Sequence record: MK714353.1
DNA length: 44,913 nucleotides
Reading direction: 5' to 3' (one strand)
Source of the DNA: Klebsiella phage ST13-OXA48phi12.5
A program made the position numbers and the translations under genes. The notes under the pieces were generated by a model. It saw only the letters and a list, made by a program, of their open reading frames with translations, had not been told where the DNA came from and did no database searches. Positions 1 through 7,813 of this stretch are shown here, piece after piece (position 1 is the stretch's first letter; each line of letters opens with the position of its first letter).

Positions 1-45
1 CTTCTAAGCCGTAGGTCACAGGTTCGAATCCTGTAGGGCGTGCCA
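1..45 (+). tRNA. 3' portion of host tRNA-Arg(UCU) gene (window starts in the anticodon loop); prophage attL side
   Basis: Anticodon loop CUUCUAA at 1-7 (anticodon UCU at 3-5). T-arm ACAGG-TTCGAAT-CCTGT, acceptor 3' strand AGGGCGT, discriminator G, CCA ending at 45. Closely resembles E. coli argU 3' half. An integrase gene lies immediately adjacent on the minus strand. Confidence 0.7.
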
Positions 46-60
46 TTAAGAAACAGGTAC

Positions 61-1224
61 TTACGCCAGTTTTAAACCTGCCTGATTTCCTCCTTGTGTC
101 GTATTTGTGTCGCTAGCGCCAAAAATGGCGTCAATTTTCCGTGCGTGTTCGGTCAGGTGGTTCGGCGCCAGGTGAGCATAACGACGTACCATCTCGATGC
201 TCTCCCATCCTCCCATTTCCTGCAAAACAGAAAGCGGGACGCCGGACTGAATTAGCCAGCTCGCCCAGGTGTGCCGGAGGTCGTGAAAACGGAAATCCTC
301 GATCCCCGCTTTTTTCAACCCGGCGCGCCAGGCGTTATTGTCATCCACCCGCATTTTTCTAACCGCGGGCGTCAGTGTTCCATCAGGGCGATGCTTTGCC
401 GTCGTGTGAACAAACACCCATCGGGAATGCTTCCCTATCTGATCCCTTAATACCCTGCATGCGGTATCATTCAGAGCTACGCCAATCGCCTTGCCCGCTT
501 TTGCGTTCTCCGGATTTACCCATGCAACCTTTCTCTGCATATCGACCTGCTGCCACTCAAGCCCGATGATGTTTGAGCGGCGCAGGCCGGTTGCCAGTGC
601 AAATATCACCACTGGCTTAATGCTCTCCGGCATGCACTCGATCAACCGCTCAGCTTCTTCTCTGGTCAGCCACCGTATCCGCTTACTGATCGGCTTGCGG
701 GTTTTGATAACAGGAGCTGTTTTTATCCAGCCCCAGTCATTCGCCGCGGCCCTGAGAAGGGAGCGAATGAAGGAAAGGTGTTGCGCCTTCGTCGCCTGCG
801 AAACCTGCCGTGGTTTGTACTCCGGAACAGGCTTACCCTTCCTCAGCGCGGCATCACGCTTACTCTCCCACACCTGCAGGTGTTTACGGTTGATCATCCC
901 GTTAACGGCTTCATGAACTTCCTCCGCCGTTATCTTCGAGACATCACGGCCGGAAAAATGCTGCAGCCAAAAAACAATTTTGGTTTTGTCATCATCCAGC
1001 GATCGCTTATGGTCCTTTTCCCGCAGCCACCGGATGCAGCACTCTTCAAAGGTTCTGACGGGCAGGTCGCCGATCTGGTCAACCCGCCACGCTTCCGCCT
1101 TCAGCTTGTCGTGGAGCTCCTGAGCCTGCTTTTTGTCCCCCGTGCCAAGAGATCGCCTAACTCTTTTTCCTGACGGCGTAAAGAAATGACAGTGCCACAC
1201 GCCGCCCCTGAGGGTGATTGACAT
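61..1224 (-). CDS. int: Phage integrase (tyrosine recombinase, lambda/P4 Int family)
   Basis: 387 aa. N-terminal arm-binding-like segment ([24 protein letters not shown]). C-terminal catalytic region with R...HDLRHT...Y (HDLRHTWAS ... RRYAHL). Sits next to a tRNA 3' end, the typical att-proximal position. Confidence 0.9.
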   Translation of the reverse strand: MSITLRGGVWHCHFFTPSGKRVRRSLGTGDKKQAQELHDKLKAEAWRVDQIGDLPVRTFEECCIRWLREKDHKRSLDDDKTKIVFWLQHFSGRDVSKITAEEVHEAVNGMINRKHLQVWESKRDAALRKGKPVPEYKPRQVSQATKAQHLSFIRSLLRAAANDWGWIKTAPVIKTRKPISKRIRWLTREEAERLIECMPESIKPVVIFALATGLRRSNIIGLEWQQVDMQRKVAWVNPENAKAGKAIGVALNDTACRVLRDQIGKHSRWVFVHTTAKHRPDGTLTPAVRKMRVDDNNAWRAGLKKAGIEDFRFHDLRHTWASWLIQSGVPLSVLQEMGGWESIEMVRRYAHLAPNHLTEHARKIDAIFGASDTNTTQGGNQAGLKLA

Positions 1225-1436
1225 AAAACTTCTCCTTTATGTTCACCCGCGTTCGCGATGACAGGATCGCGCGGGGTTTTCAAATATGCAATACACGCCG
1301 CCTCGGTCGTTCTGTACTTGTTGCCGACCTTGCGGCCGACGAGCTCCCCAGACTCAATCAGGCGGTAGATCACCCGCGCCGACACGATGAGCAAATCGGC
1401 CGCCTGCTGTGCTGTTATCGGTCTATCAGACGCCAT
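1101..1436 (-). CDS. xis: Excisionase / AlpA-like HTH DNA-binding protein; long C-terminal tail overlaps int by 124 nt
   Basis: N-terminal ~60 aa ([27 protein letters not shown]) resembles AlpA/Xis-type helix-turn-helix. Lies immediately upstream of int in the same orientation. The ORF only stops inside int. Confidence 0.6.
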   Translation of the reverse strand: MASDRPITAQQAADLLIVSARVIYRLIESGELVGRKVGNKYRTTEAACIAYLKTPRDPVIANAGEHKGEVLCQSPSGAACGTVISLRRQEKELGDLLARGTKSRLRSSTTS

Positions 1437-1448
1437 ATTTCCTCCCGG

Positions 1449-1691
1449 TTACGCCGCCCGCTGTGAGCGCAGTTTCTTAATGTGTTCGCTCTGCTCAAGA
1501 TCTTCCTTTATCTGCTGGGCCTCTTCGTGAGAGAGCGGTTCGAAATCATTATTAAAGCGGTCTATGCTTGCTGTGTTGATCCGTCCCTGGCGCCAGTAGC
1601 GAACCACCTTAGCGTCACTGCCGGCGACAATTACCGGCCATCCGTGGCAATCAGCAAAGACCTGGCCTCTCTGAATTAACTTGAACATCAC
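1449..1691 (-). CDS. Hypothetical early-left protein (80 aa)
   Basis: ORF in the packed leftward operon, translationally coupled to neighbours. No motif recognised. Confidence 0.4.
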   Translation of the reverse strand: MMFKLIQRGQVFADCHGWPVIVAGSDAKVVRYWRQGRINTASIDRFNNDFEPLSHEEAQQIKEDLEQSEHIKKLRSQRAA

Positions 1692-1906
1692 GGCCTCCGA
1701 TGCTTACCGCGTAATTCCTCTTCTTCTTGGCAATCAGCGCAGCGCTGGCATCCCGCCACCAGTTCCCGGAGCCGCTCTGGGATCTCTTCCCCGCAGTCGC
1801 GGCAGTGAGTAGCTGAAACTGCGTTATGGTTGATGCGCATGTTCTGGATGGTCATTTCCAGCCGGCGCTCTGCCAGCTCGTTGGCCTGATCGATGATTTC
1901 TGGCAT
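1688..1906 (-). CDS. TraR/DksA-family C4 zinc-finger protein
   Basis: 72 aa with CRDCGEEIP...CQRCADC (CxxC-x17-CxxC) spacing typical of phage TraR/DksA-like proteins. ATGA overlap with the upstream gene. Confidence 0.7.
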   Translation of the reverse strand: MPEIIDQANELAERRLEMTIQNMRINHNAVSATHCRDCGEEIPERLRELVAGCQRCADCQEEEELRGKHRRP

Positions 1907-1907
1907 G

Positions 1908-2126
1908 TCAGCGCTCCTTTATCTTTCCGTTCAAAATGCCGATTTCCACATAGAGATGGCTTGGCGTTAACCCAAGCTGCCTTATCAGCGGCATGCATCC
2001 GTTGAGGATCGGTCGTGATATCTCGTCGCAACTTAAAGCGGGAGATGACCTCCGTTTTGCCTTAACCTCATCGTTAGCCCTGCGCGCGATGCTTCTGAGC
2101 GCATTTTTCTTTTCTTCTGGCGTCAT
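1908..2126 (-). CDS. Hypothetical protein (72 aa)
   Basis: ORF coupled (ATGA) to the methyltransferase gene. No motif recognised. Confidence 0.4.
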   Translation of the reverse strand: MTPEEKKNALRSIARRANDEVKAKRRSSPALSCDEISRPILNGCMPLIRQLGLTPSHLYVEIGILNGKIKER

Positions 2127-3271
2127 GCGACCCCCATATAAGCGCGAATGAAAGCCGCAGCTGCCTGTGCGTTTATGGCGTTGCCGTAACCCTTCAGGCG
2201 GCCGACGCGGTTGCTGCTTGCCACTCTTGCCATCCCGGGCTCGACTCGTCCCAGGCGTGCGGCAGCCCCATCAACCAGCGGGAATGTGCCGGGTTCAACT
2301 GGACGCCATTTCGCATCTCGACATAAGAGCCAGTCCGCATCTCGCCAAAAACCGTTAACCTCAAGGGGCCAGTAATCCCCGCGAAGTCCTGCAGACGCTG
2401 CTGGGTCTTGCTCCCGTCCTGTCGATGCATGTTCATGGCCGCATCCACTGATGGCGATCGAGTGTTGCTCGTTGTCGGTGTTGGCCAGCCCGTCATGAAC
2501 GCCTGGCGCGGCAGCTGGTCCAGTCGTTCCTTCCCGTCCCGCTGCGCAGTCATTCCCGCCGAGTCCTTCCAGTCGCGTGATGTTGGCGTTACCCAGCCCG
2601 CCATCTTCACCAGCCCGGCAAGATTCTCCAGCCCCCGCTTTGTTTCTGGCTGATCCTTTGTATTCGCCACCGGCGTCGGCCAGCCGGACATCATCGCCGC
2701 CGTTTGAATATTCATCCCGCCCTGGCGCCCGGACGTTCCCGCGCCAGTCACTGATGACGCTGTCGGCGTTGGCCACCCAGTAGGCCCGCTCTCTGATGTG
2801 CGGAGCACCGATGCCCGCTGACGTAAACGGCACAAGCCCGAAGGCGTATCCCATTCCTTCCAGGTCAGCTTGTACAAGGTCGAACCATACGTTTGCGTTA
2901 CCTGCTGCAACCTGTTCGCCAAAGACATGCTGAGGTCTGCACTCGCTGATGAGATGGAAGAAGTGGGGCCAAAGGTGCCGCTCGTCAGCAAACCCATCTC
3001 CTTTGCCTGCCGCGCTGAAAGGCTGGCACGGGCAGGAGCCAGTCCAGACCGGGCGATCATCTGGCCATCCGGCGAGACGGAGGGAATGGGACCAGACGCC
3101 GATACCGGCGAAAAAGTGGCACTGGGTAAATCCTCTGAGGTCGTCAGGTGTGACATCTTCAATACTCCGTTCGTCAACTTCGCCCGGGGCGATATGCCCG
3201 GCGGCTATGAGGTTACGCAGCCACTGCGCCGCGAATGGGTCGATCTCGTTGTAGTACGCTGCCGCGCTCAT
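2123..3271 (-). CDS. DNA (cytosine-5)-methyltransferase
   Basis: Motif I FAGIGV (FxGxG) near the N-terminus, PCQPFS (motif IV Pro-Cys catalytic), and a downstream GEQV/ENV-like block. The central variable region is unusually Gly/Ala-rich. Confidence 0.8.
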   Translation of the reverse strand: MSAAAYYNEIDPFAAQWLRNLIAAGHIAPGEVDERSIEDVTPDDLRGFTQCHFFAGIGVWSHSLRLAGWPDDRPVWTGSCPCQPFSAAGKGDGFADERHLWPHFFHLISECRPQHVFGEQVAAGNANVWFDLVQADLEGMGYAFGLVPFTSAGIGAPHIRERAYWVANADSVISDWRGNVRAPGRDEYSNGGDDVRLADAGGEYKGSARNKAGAGESCRAGEDGGLGNANITRLEGLGGNDCAAGREGTTGPAAAPGVHDGLANTDNEQHSIAISGCGHEHASTGREQDPAASAGLRGDYWPLEVNGFWRDADWLLCRDAKWRPVEPGTFPLVDGAAARLGRVEPGMARVASSNRVGRLKGYGNAINAQAAAAFIRAYMGVA

Positions 3272-3924
3272 GCTGCCTCCGCCTTCACAACGTCGATGGC
3301 GCAGCCAGGGATCAGCTCAACGGAAGCGGTGGCGCACTGGTTGCCCCAGTGGCTCCAGCCTGGCGCTGCGCTGCGACTGAACAGCTCAATCCGCGGCACG
3401 TCGCCGTAGAGCAGTTCTAGGCGGTGGCGAACTTCCCACGGTTTCTCGCTGTGTGCGCCGAGCGGGCTGTAGACCACCTGCTTAATGCCGGCGTGCTTAC
3501 GTTCCAGCCCGGCGCCGCGGGTAGCGATCAGCACGTCTTCAGTATTGGCGCGGGTATGGTTGCCGCCGTTCATGCGCGTCTCGGCATTCAGCAGGTCGAG
3601 GAAGTCGTAAAAGTCGGCAACCTCTCCCTCTGCCAGAGCCTTGGTAATGCGCAGCTCAGCCAACTGGTTCAACTTCACCCAGGTGAAGCCCTTCATGGTG
3701 CGCACCGTAAATCCCCAGGCCTCGGCCAGCTCCATCGCCTCCTGGTTGTGGGTGCCGGTGTACCACATCGCCAACACAGCGTTATCCGCGGCGAGCTCCC
3801 ACACCGGGAGCCGCTTCATATCGAGTAAGCTCATGGTGGGGTAGTGGTCGACGGCGGCGCCGTTGCTGATCGTGTTCCCGTAAGACCAGGCCGGGTCGGC
3901 ATAGATAAGTGAATAGCGGTTCAT
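3268..3924 (-). CDS. DNA N6-adenine methyltransferase, MT-A70/phage Dam-like
   Basis: N-terminal IYADPAWSYGN = (D/N)PP(W/Y/F)-type catalytic motif, here DPAW. Size 218 aa. ATG overlaps the stop of the upstream gene. Confidence 0.6.
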   Translation of the reverse strand: MNRYSLIYADPAWSYGNTISNGAAVDHYPTMSLLDMKRLPVWELAADNAVLAMWYTGTHNQEAMELAEAWGFTVRTMKGFTWVKLNQLAELRITKALAEGEVADFYDFLDLLNAETRMNGGNHTRANTEDVLIATRGAGLERKHAGIKQVVYSPLGAHSEKPWEVRHRLELLYGDVPRIELFSRSAAPGWSHWGNQCATASVELIPGCAIDVVKAEAA

Positions 3925-4349
3925 AGGACTGACTCCATTTCATCGATATAGAGGCCAGATGCGATAAGCCGGCGGCGCCGGGCCGCTTTATCAATACATT
4001 TCTGGCGGTTACCAGAGGCGGCCTGAGCTATCGAGCGCTTAGTGAACAGGCGAGTTTTACCCTGCGGGGTAATGACCTTTGGCCTTGTGATCAGGTCAAA
4101 GGTGCGATCGCAGATGCCGTCCTCGTTAAGCCAGGTTTCCGATGCAATCAGCTGCGCAATGCGGCCTTCTCCCCTGGTTATACCGTTCGCAACGCGGTTA
4201 AATTCGACAAGCGTCACGCCGAACTTCTCCGCTATTTCGCTGCCGGTTACAGGGCGGCCGCGCGTCTGAATCATCCAGATCACGCGCTCGCGAAGGCCGG
4301 AGAATTTCCCCGCTTTTCCGGGCCTGCGGTAAAATGGAGTGCGTTTCAT
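3921..4349 (-). CDS. Hypothetical protein (142 aa), possibly DNA-binding
   Basis: Basic N-terminus and an HTH-like segment (VTGSEIAEKFGVTLVEFNRVANGI). Coupled to neighbours. Confidence 0.4.
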   Translation of the reverse strand: MKRTPFYRRPGKAGKFSGLRERVIWMIQTRGRPVTGSEIAEKFGVTLVEFNRVANGITRGEGRIAQLIASETWLNEDGICDRTFDLITRPKVITPQGKTRLFTKRSIAQAASGNRQKCIDKAARRRRLIASGLYIDEMESVL

Positions 4350-4978
4350 TCGATCTCCAGTATCATTCGCTTAGTCTCTGCCACAAGGGAGAGGAACTCA
4401 TTCCTTCTCGCGCGAAGGCGGCCTATTTCTGATTGGCACTCAGCGGCTGTCAGACGGTAAACAATGAGTTGCTTTCCGTCAGGGAAATCAGAGCAGTAGC
4501 TGATGAAGTCAACCCAATCCCGGCCAGAGCAATCAAGGTGGCCGATTAGTTGCCATCTGTATGCCGGATCGAAGGCGCCGCGGGTGAGGGTGGCGTAGTG
4601 AGTGGCGGCAATTACCGACTTAATCTCAATCACCCCATCCCGGCCTACGAGTCCGTCTGGACTATCCCCATACGTTTCGTGATCAAAGAAACCGCCGTTA
4701 TCCACGTCGACGAAGTTCATCTCTTCGTACAGCATGCGAGCGATTGGCTCCTGTTCGTGGCCGCGCTCCATATGGTCGTTTGTGAAGCCAAACTCAGACT
4801 TGCACCCTTTAATCTGCTCAAGAGCTAACTGAAGCGCATAACGCTTGGCTGGCTCACCAAACGCCTTGCCATCGTTAGCCATAATCAAGCCGAAGTTTGA
4901 AGCGGTAGCCTTCCCCAGGCGAAGAGCATCCCACTCTTCCCCGTTTTGCTCGACGTCATGCCAGATCATGCTGAGCAC
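4346..4978 (-). CDS. exo: Lambda-Exo-like 5'-3' exonuclease (YqaJ viral recombinase family)
   Basis: Alignable by eye to lambda Exo: W..LRLG..TAS, IARMLYEE (cf ARTLFEF), SPDGLVGRDGVIEIKS (cf SPDGLCSDGNGLELKCP). Confidence 0.8.
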   Translation of the reverse strand: MLSMIWHDVEQNGEEWDALRLGKATASNFGLIMANDGKAFGEPAKRYALQLALEQIKGCKSEFGFTNDHMERGHEQEPIARMLYEEMNFVDVDNGGFFDHETYGDSPDGLVGRDGVIEIKSVIAATHYATLTRGAFDPAYRWQLIGHLDCSGRDWVDFISYCSDFPDGKQLIVYRLTAAECQSEIGRLRARRNEFLSLVAETKRMILEIE

Positions 4979-5478
4979 TCCTGTTCCAGTTGGCGGCGAT
5001 GCTCTGGAGAAATGTCCATTCTCGCCAGCACTGCATCCAGGTTGCCATCGCGCTTGAAGGCGGCCTTAGCGTTATTCCATGCCTGCGTTTTTTCCGGCGA
5101 AAGCACAGGTTTTGAAACGCGCGCTGGGCTTAAGCGGAGACCTTCAACCGATTCCTTTCCGAACCTGACATTTTTATCGACGTAAACAGTGACTTTCACG
5201 CCGACCCAATCCTCAAGGAATGGCGATCCGGTAATGCTTTTCAGCATCTTGCTGTTGGTGGCATTCAGGATCATTGGCTTAAGCTTTTCGCCAGGGCGTA
5301 ACTCGCGCTCTTCAAAATAAGCGGTGTTAAAAACGTCTTTAGTTTTTTTGGTTTTGTCGCTTTCTAATGTTGCCCGGGCGATCGTCAGCACCGTAGGTTC
5401 AACGATGTCGGCACTGCTCAGATAGGGAGAGTCAAAAGCTTTTCGGTAGTGAGTTTTAGATTCAGACATTTCATGCAT
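4966..5478 (-). CDS. Hypothetical protein upstream of exo (170 aa); possible ssDNA-binding/annealing partner but no RecT/Erf/Bet motif recognised
   Basis: It occupies the bet position relative to exo but is too short, and no family is recognised. Confidence 0.35.
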   Translation of the reverse strand: MHEMSESKTHYRKAFDSPYLSSADIVEPTVLTIARATLESDKTKKTKDVFNTAYFEERELRPGEKLKPMILNATNSKMLKSITGSPFLEDWVGVKVTVYVDKNVRFGKESVEGLRLSPARVSKPVLSPEKTQAWNNAKAAFKRDGNLDAVLARMDISPEHRRQLEQECSA

Positions 5479-5480
5479 CC

Positions 5481-5969
5481 TTAAAACGGGCAGCCTGTGC
5501 GGTGATCCCAGTCGTATTCCGCCTGGGCGTAAGCTATTGCTGTGCGCAAGTCGTTGTATACCTCGCCAGCCTTATCGCTACGGAGGCCTTCATATGGAAA
5601 CGCCTTGGACGATACAGACTGGCGTAGTGCCGCGTATGGATCCTCTGGAAGGCTGTCAAAGACCTCTTTTGCCCGATCTTCAATCCACTTTTCCTTCTCT
5701 TCGGTGAGCAACTGTTCAGCCCACTTACGCTCTTCGATTACGTCATATGCGCGGTATGCGTTCATAGCTCGCTCCTGAAGTTTGGTTGTAAGAATCCCGG
5801 CACCGTAATGGCTGCCTGATAGCTCAGTTAAATTCGTGCGCTGATATGCGCGGTTAATGAGTCCCAGCTGGAACCAGGTTCGGTTCGATACTGCGTGAAG
5901 CGTATGGCCGGCGGATGTGGCGCAGATTACCCTGCGGCTCATGCCAGTAGCTGCCGTCTCGATAGTCAA
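5481..5969 (-). CDS. Hypothetical protein (162 aa; true start may be the internal Met at 5765)
   Basis: ORF in the PL operon. Its N-terminal 116 nt overlap the 64-aa ORF, so the start is uncertain. Confidence 0.35.
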   Translation of the reverse strand: MTIETAATGMSRRVICATSAGHTLHAVSNRTWFQLGLINRAYQRTNLTELSGSHYGAGILTTKLQERAMNAYRAYDVIEERKWAEQLLTEEKEKWIEDRAKEVFDSLPEDPYAALRQSVSSKAFPYEGLRSDKAGEVYNDLRTAIAYAQAEYDWDHRTGCPF

Positions 5970-6048
5970 AGCTGACCAGCCAGGCGGCGCCGGTGCGGCG
6001 ATTGCGCATCATCACGGCGCGTCCGTTGTTAGGAATTGAGTTAGCCAT
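5854..6048 (-). CDS. Hypothetical 64-aa Arg-rich protein (speculative N-like antiterminator)
   Basis: N-terminal basic patch MMRNRRTGAAW. Its ATG overlaps the stop of the upstream micro-ORF (ATGGCTAA). Position equals that of the first genes after PL. Confidence 0.3.
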   Translation of the reverse strand: MANSIPNNGRAVMMRNRRTGAAWLVSFDYRDGSYWHEPQGNLRHIRRPYASRSIEPNLVPAGTH

Positions 6049-6151
6049 TGAACACCCCCGTAACGTGCAGAATTTTGATAATCAACGCTGTCCAGATAAC
6101 GCCGCAGATCAGCAGGCAGTAAATCAGTGAACGAATGCCTTGCTTGCTCAT
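6041..6151 (-). CDS. Micro-ORF, 36-aa hydrophobic single-TM peptide
   Basis: MSKQGIRSLIYCLLICGVIWTALIIKILHVTGVFNG. ATGA overlap with the upstream micro-ORF and TAA/ATG overlap with the downstream ORF. Confidence 0.3.
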   Translation of the reverse strand: MSKQGIRSLIYCLLICGVIWTALIIKILHVTGVFNG

Positions 6152-6255
6152 TTGCCACCCCAGCACGGATAGCTAACTGCGATAACAGCAACCAAAAACG
6201 GAACGACCTTTAACCAAAAATTACGCCATGCAGGCTTGTCTTCTTCGCGGATCAT
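6148..6255 (-). CDS. Micro-ORF, 35-aa hydrophobic single-TM peptide (first ORF after PL)
   Basis: MIREEDKPAWRNFWLKVVPFLVAVIAVSYPCWGGK. AGGTGA Shine-Dalgarno 4-5 nt upstream of the ATG at 6255. Confidence 0.3.
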   Translation of the reverse strand: MIREEDKPAWRNFWLKVVPFLVAVIAVSYPCWGGK

Positions 6256-6334
6256 CTCTTCACCTTTGCCTTATCGCGGCTAACGGAGCGTTGTTACCTA
6301 TTTCCGGCGCCAACGTTGTTGTTTGGATGAGATG

Positions 6335-6400
6335 ATAATAGCCAAGGCGATTATTTAGGTCAATCGCTAAAACGATATTATCAATCGCATAAGTGATAAA
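6335..6400 (-). promoter_or_regulatory. OL/PL region: leftward promoter (-35 TTGACC 6362-6357, 16-bp spacer, -10 TATTAT 6340-6335) with three 14-bp operator-like sites
   Basis: Sites ATAGCCAAGGCGAT (6338-6351), ATCGCTAAAACGAT (6363-6376) and ATCGCATAAGTGAT (6384-6397) share the ATCGC-N4-GCGAT dyad seen at OR. Confidence 0.45.
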
Positions 6401-6481
6401 CATGTGATTATTAAAGTGATTATTTTAAGAAAAAATTTTAGAAAGGTGTTTTTGCGAGGGTGGTTGCTAAGGTGTAGCGAT

Positions 6482-6501
6482 AAAAAACCCGCCGGAGCGG
6501 G
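6482..6501 (-). terminator. Rho-independent terminator downstream of cI
   Basis: Minus-strand hairpin CCCGCTCCGGCGGG followed by TTTTTT, immediately after the cI stop codon at 6502-6504. Confidence 0.6.
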
Positions 6502-7191
6502 TTATGCGAATCGTTTGTATTCGATCGATTGTCTGAGAAGGACTCTGGCCATAACGTAAAACTGGTCTTCATCACCTGGCTCTACATACCATTTTTCATA
6601 GATGGGGTTATCCGAAATTACAGCTAGTCGGTCCCTTTGCATCTGCAAGCGCTTGACGTGAAGAGTTTTGCCAAAAACAAACACATAAACGCCATCACTG
6701 TCAAAATGGGTGACGCTGATGTCTACGAAAATTTCATCGCCGGGGGATATTGTCGTGTCCATGCTATCACCGGTAACGGTGATTACTTTTATGTGATGAG
6801 CTGGACGATTGCCAAATAGAGATCTGGCCTGCTCTGATGTGTATTCGATCGCACGAATCGTCTCGATGAAATCGTTCGTGATAAGTGCACCAGGACCTGC
6901 GCTGGCTTTTACATCGAGGACATCTACCCGATAAATGCCATTTTTCGGTGTTACTGGCGTCTGCACTTCCGTGATCTGTATGGAATCAGCAAGCATTTCA
7001 CCTGCTCCAGTGGAAAGCCATTCAGGACGCACGCCTAACACAGATGCTATTTCCACTGTTTTGCGAGAGCCGTTGGCGCCATTAAGCAGCTTGTTTACGC
7101 TTGACTGAGCCATGCCGACCTCTTTGGCAAGCCTGCCTTGCGTATACCCAGCCAATGACATTGCTCGAGCAAGACGCTCAGAGAAATCCAT
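6502..7191 (-). CDS. cI: CI-type prophage repressor (HTH_XRE N-domain + S24 LexA-like autopeptidase C-domain)
   Basis: N-terminal HTH (LAGYTQGRLAKEVGMAQSSVNKL). C-terminal GDSM Ser nucleophile and HVKRL Lys. Ala-Gly cleavage-site candidate in the linker. Strong AGGAGGTG Shine-Dalgarno. Divergent from cro. Confidence 0.88.
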   Translation of the reverse strand: MDFSERLARAMSLAGYTQGRLAKEVGMAQSSVNKLLNGANGSRKTVEIASVLGVRPEWLSTGAGEMLADSIQITEVQTPVTPKNGIYRVDVLDVKASAGPGALITNDFIETIRAIEYTSEQARSLFGNRPAHHIKVITVTGDSMDTTISPGDEIFVDISVTHFDSDGVYVFVFGKTLHVKRLQMQRDRLAVISDNPIYEKWYVEPGDEDQFYVMARVLLRQSIEYKRFA

Positions 7192-7222
7192 AACACCTCC
7201 TCAAAGTAACTCCTTTAATCCT

Positions 7223-7291
7223 ATCGCCAAGGCGATTACTTGGCAAAAAATCGCATAGGCGATTGACAATCTCTTTTGCGATAACCATAAT
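7223..7291 (+). promoter_or_regulatory. OR/PR: operators ATCGCCAAGGCGAT (7223-7236) and ATCGCATAGGCGAT (7250-7263); PR -35 TTGACA (7263-7268), 17-bp spacer, -10 CATAAT (7286-7291)
   Basis: Two perfect-dyad 14-bp sites next to a near-consensus sigma70 promoter pointing into cro. A third half-site GCGAT lies within the spacer. Confidence 0.6.
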
Positions 7292-7318
7292 CATCAAAAA
7301 CCAATAGCTGAGGTGATT

Positions 7319-7552
7319 ATGAAAAACCCCGCAGTAGAAAAAGCGATTTCCATCGCCGGCAGTCAGAAAGAATTGGCCAAGCGATGCGGCAAAGCGCAGT
7401 CGACGATCTGCGACTGGCTAAACGGGAAAAAGAGGATTTCTCCAGTGCACGTCCCCGACCTTGTCGCTGCCGTAAATGGAGAGATTAAGGCATATGAGTT
7501 TCGCCCTGATCTGCCTTCGATTTTTCCGCCACCAAACAATAGCGCCGCCTAA
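7319..7552 (+). CDS. cro: Cro-like / YdaS-family HTH regulator
   Basis: 77 aa with the HTH AGSQKELAKRCGKAQSTICDWLNG. It is the first gene rightward from PR, divergent from cI. The track start GTG at 7313 is an alternative. Confidence 0.75.
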   Translation: MKNPAVEKAISIAGSQKELAKRCGKAQSTICDWLNGKKRISPVHVPDLVAAVNGEIKAYEFRPDLPSIFPPPNNSAA

Positions 7553-7591
7553 CCGGCGGCCTTTCAATCAACACCAGAGGAAGTATCACAA

Positions 7592-7813
7592 ATGGAGAGT
7601 TCAACGACACGCAACAAAGTGGAGGCTCGCAGAATAGAAAGCTGGTTACACAGCCAGATAGCTGAACTGGGAACCACAACTATCGCCAAAGTGGCCGGAG
7701 TGAATAAGTCGACGGTGAGTCGCTGGAGGGAAAGTCTGCTGCCGAACATGTCGCTACTGCTGGCCATCCTGATTTCTAACAGGCCGGGAGAGAAAGGTGA
7801 TTTTGAAGCATGA
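7592..7813 (+). CDS. cII: CII transcriptional activator homologue
   Basis: ARRIESWLHSQIAELGTTTIAKVAGVNKSTVSRWRESLLPNMSLLLAIL aligns closely with lambda CII (ALRIESALLNKIAMLGTEKTAEAVGVDKSQISRWKRDWIPKFSMLLAVL). Confidence 0.85.
   Translation: MESSTTRNKVEARRIESWLHSQIAELGTTTIAKVAGVNKSTVSRWRESLLPNMSLLLAILISNRPGEKGDFEA

Noticed and set aside
2194-3177. 327-aa minus-strand ORF in an alternative frame across the C5-methyltransferase gene
   Set aside because: It lies entirely within the methyltransferase gene, which has clear catalytic motifs in its own frame. The translation is Ser/Thr/Pro/Gly-rich low-complexity, typical of out-of-frame reading of GC-rich DNA.
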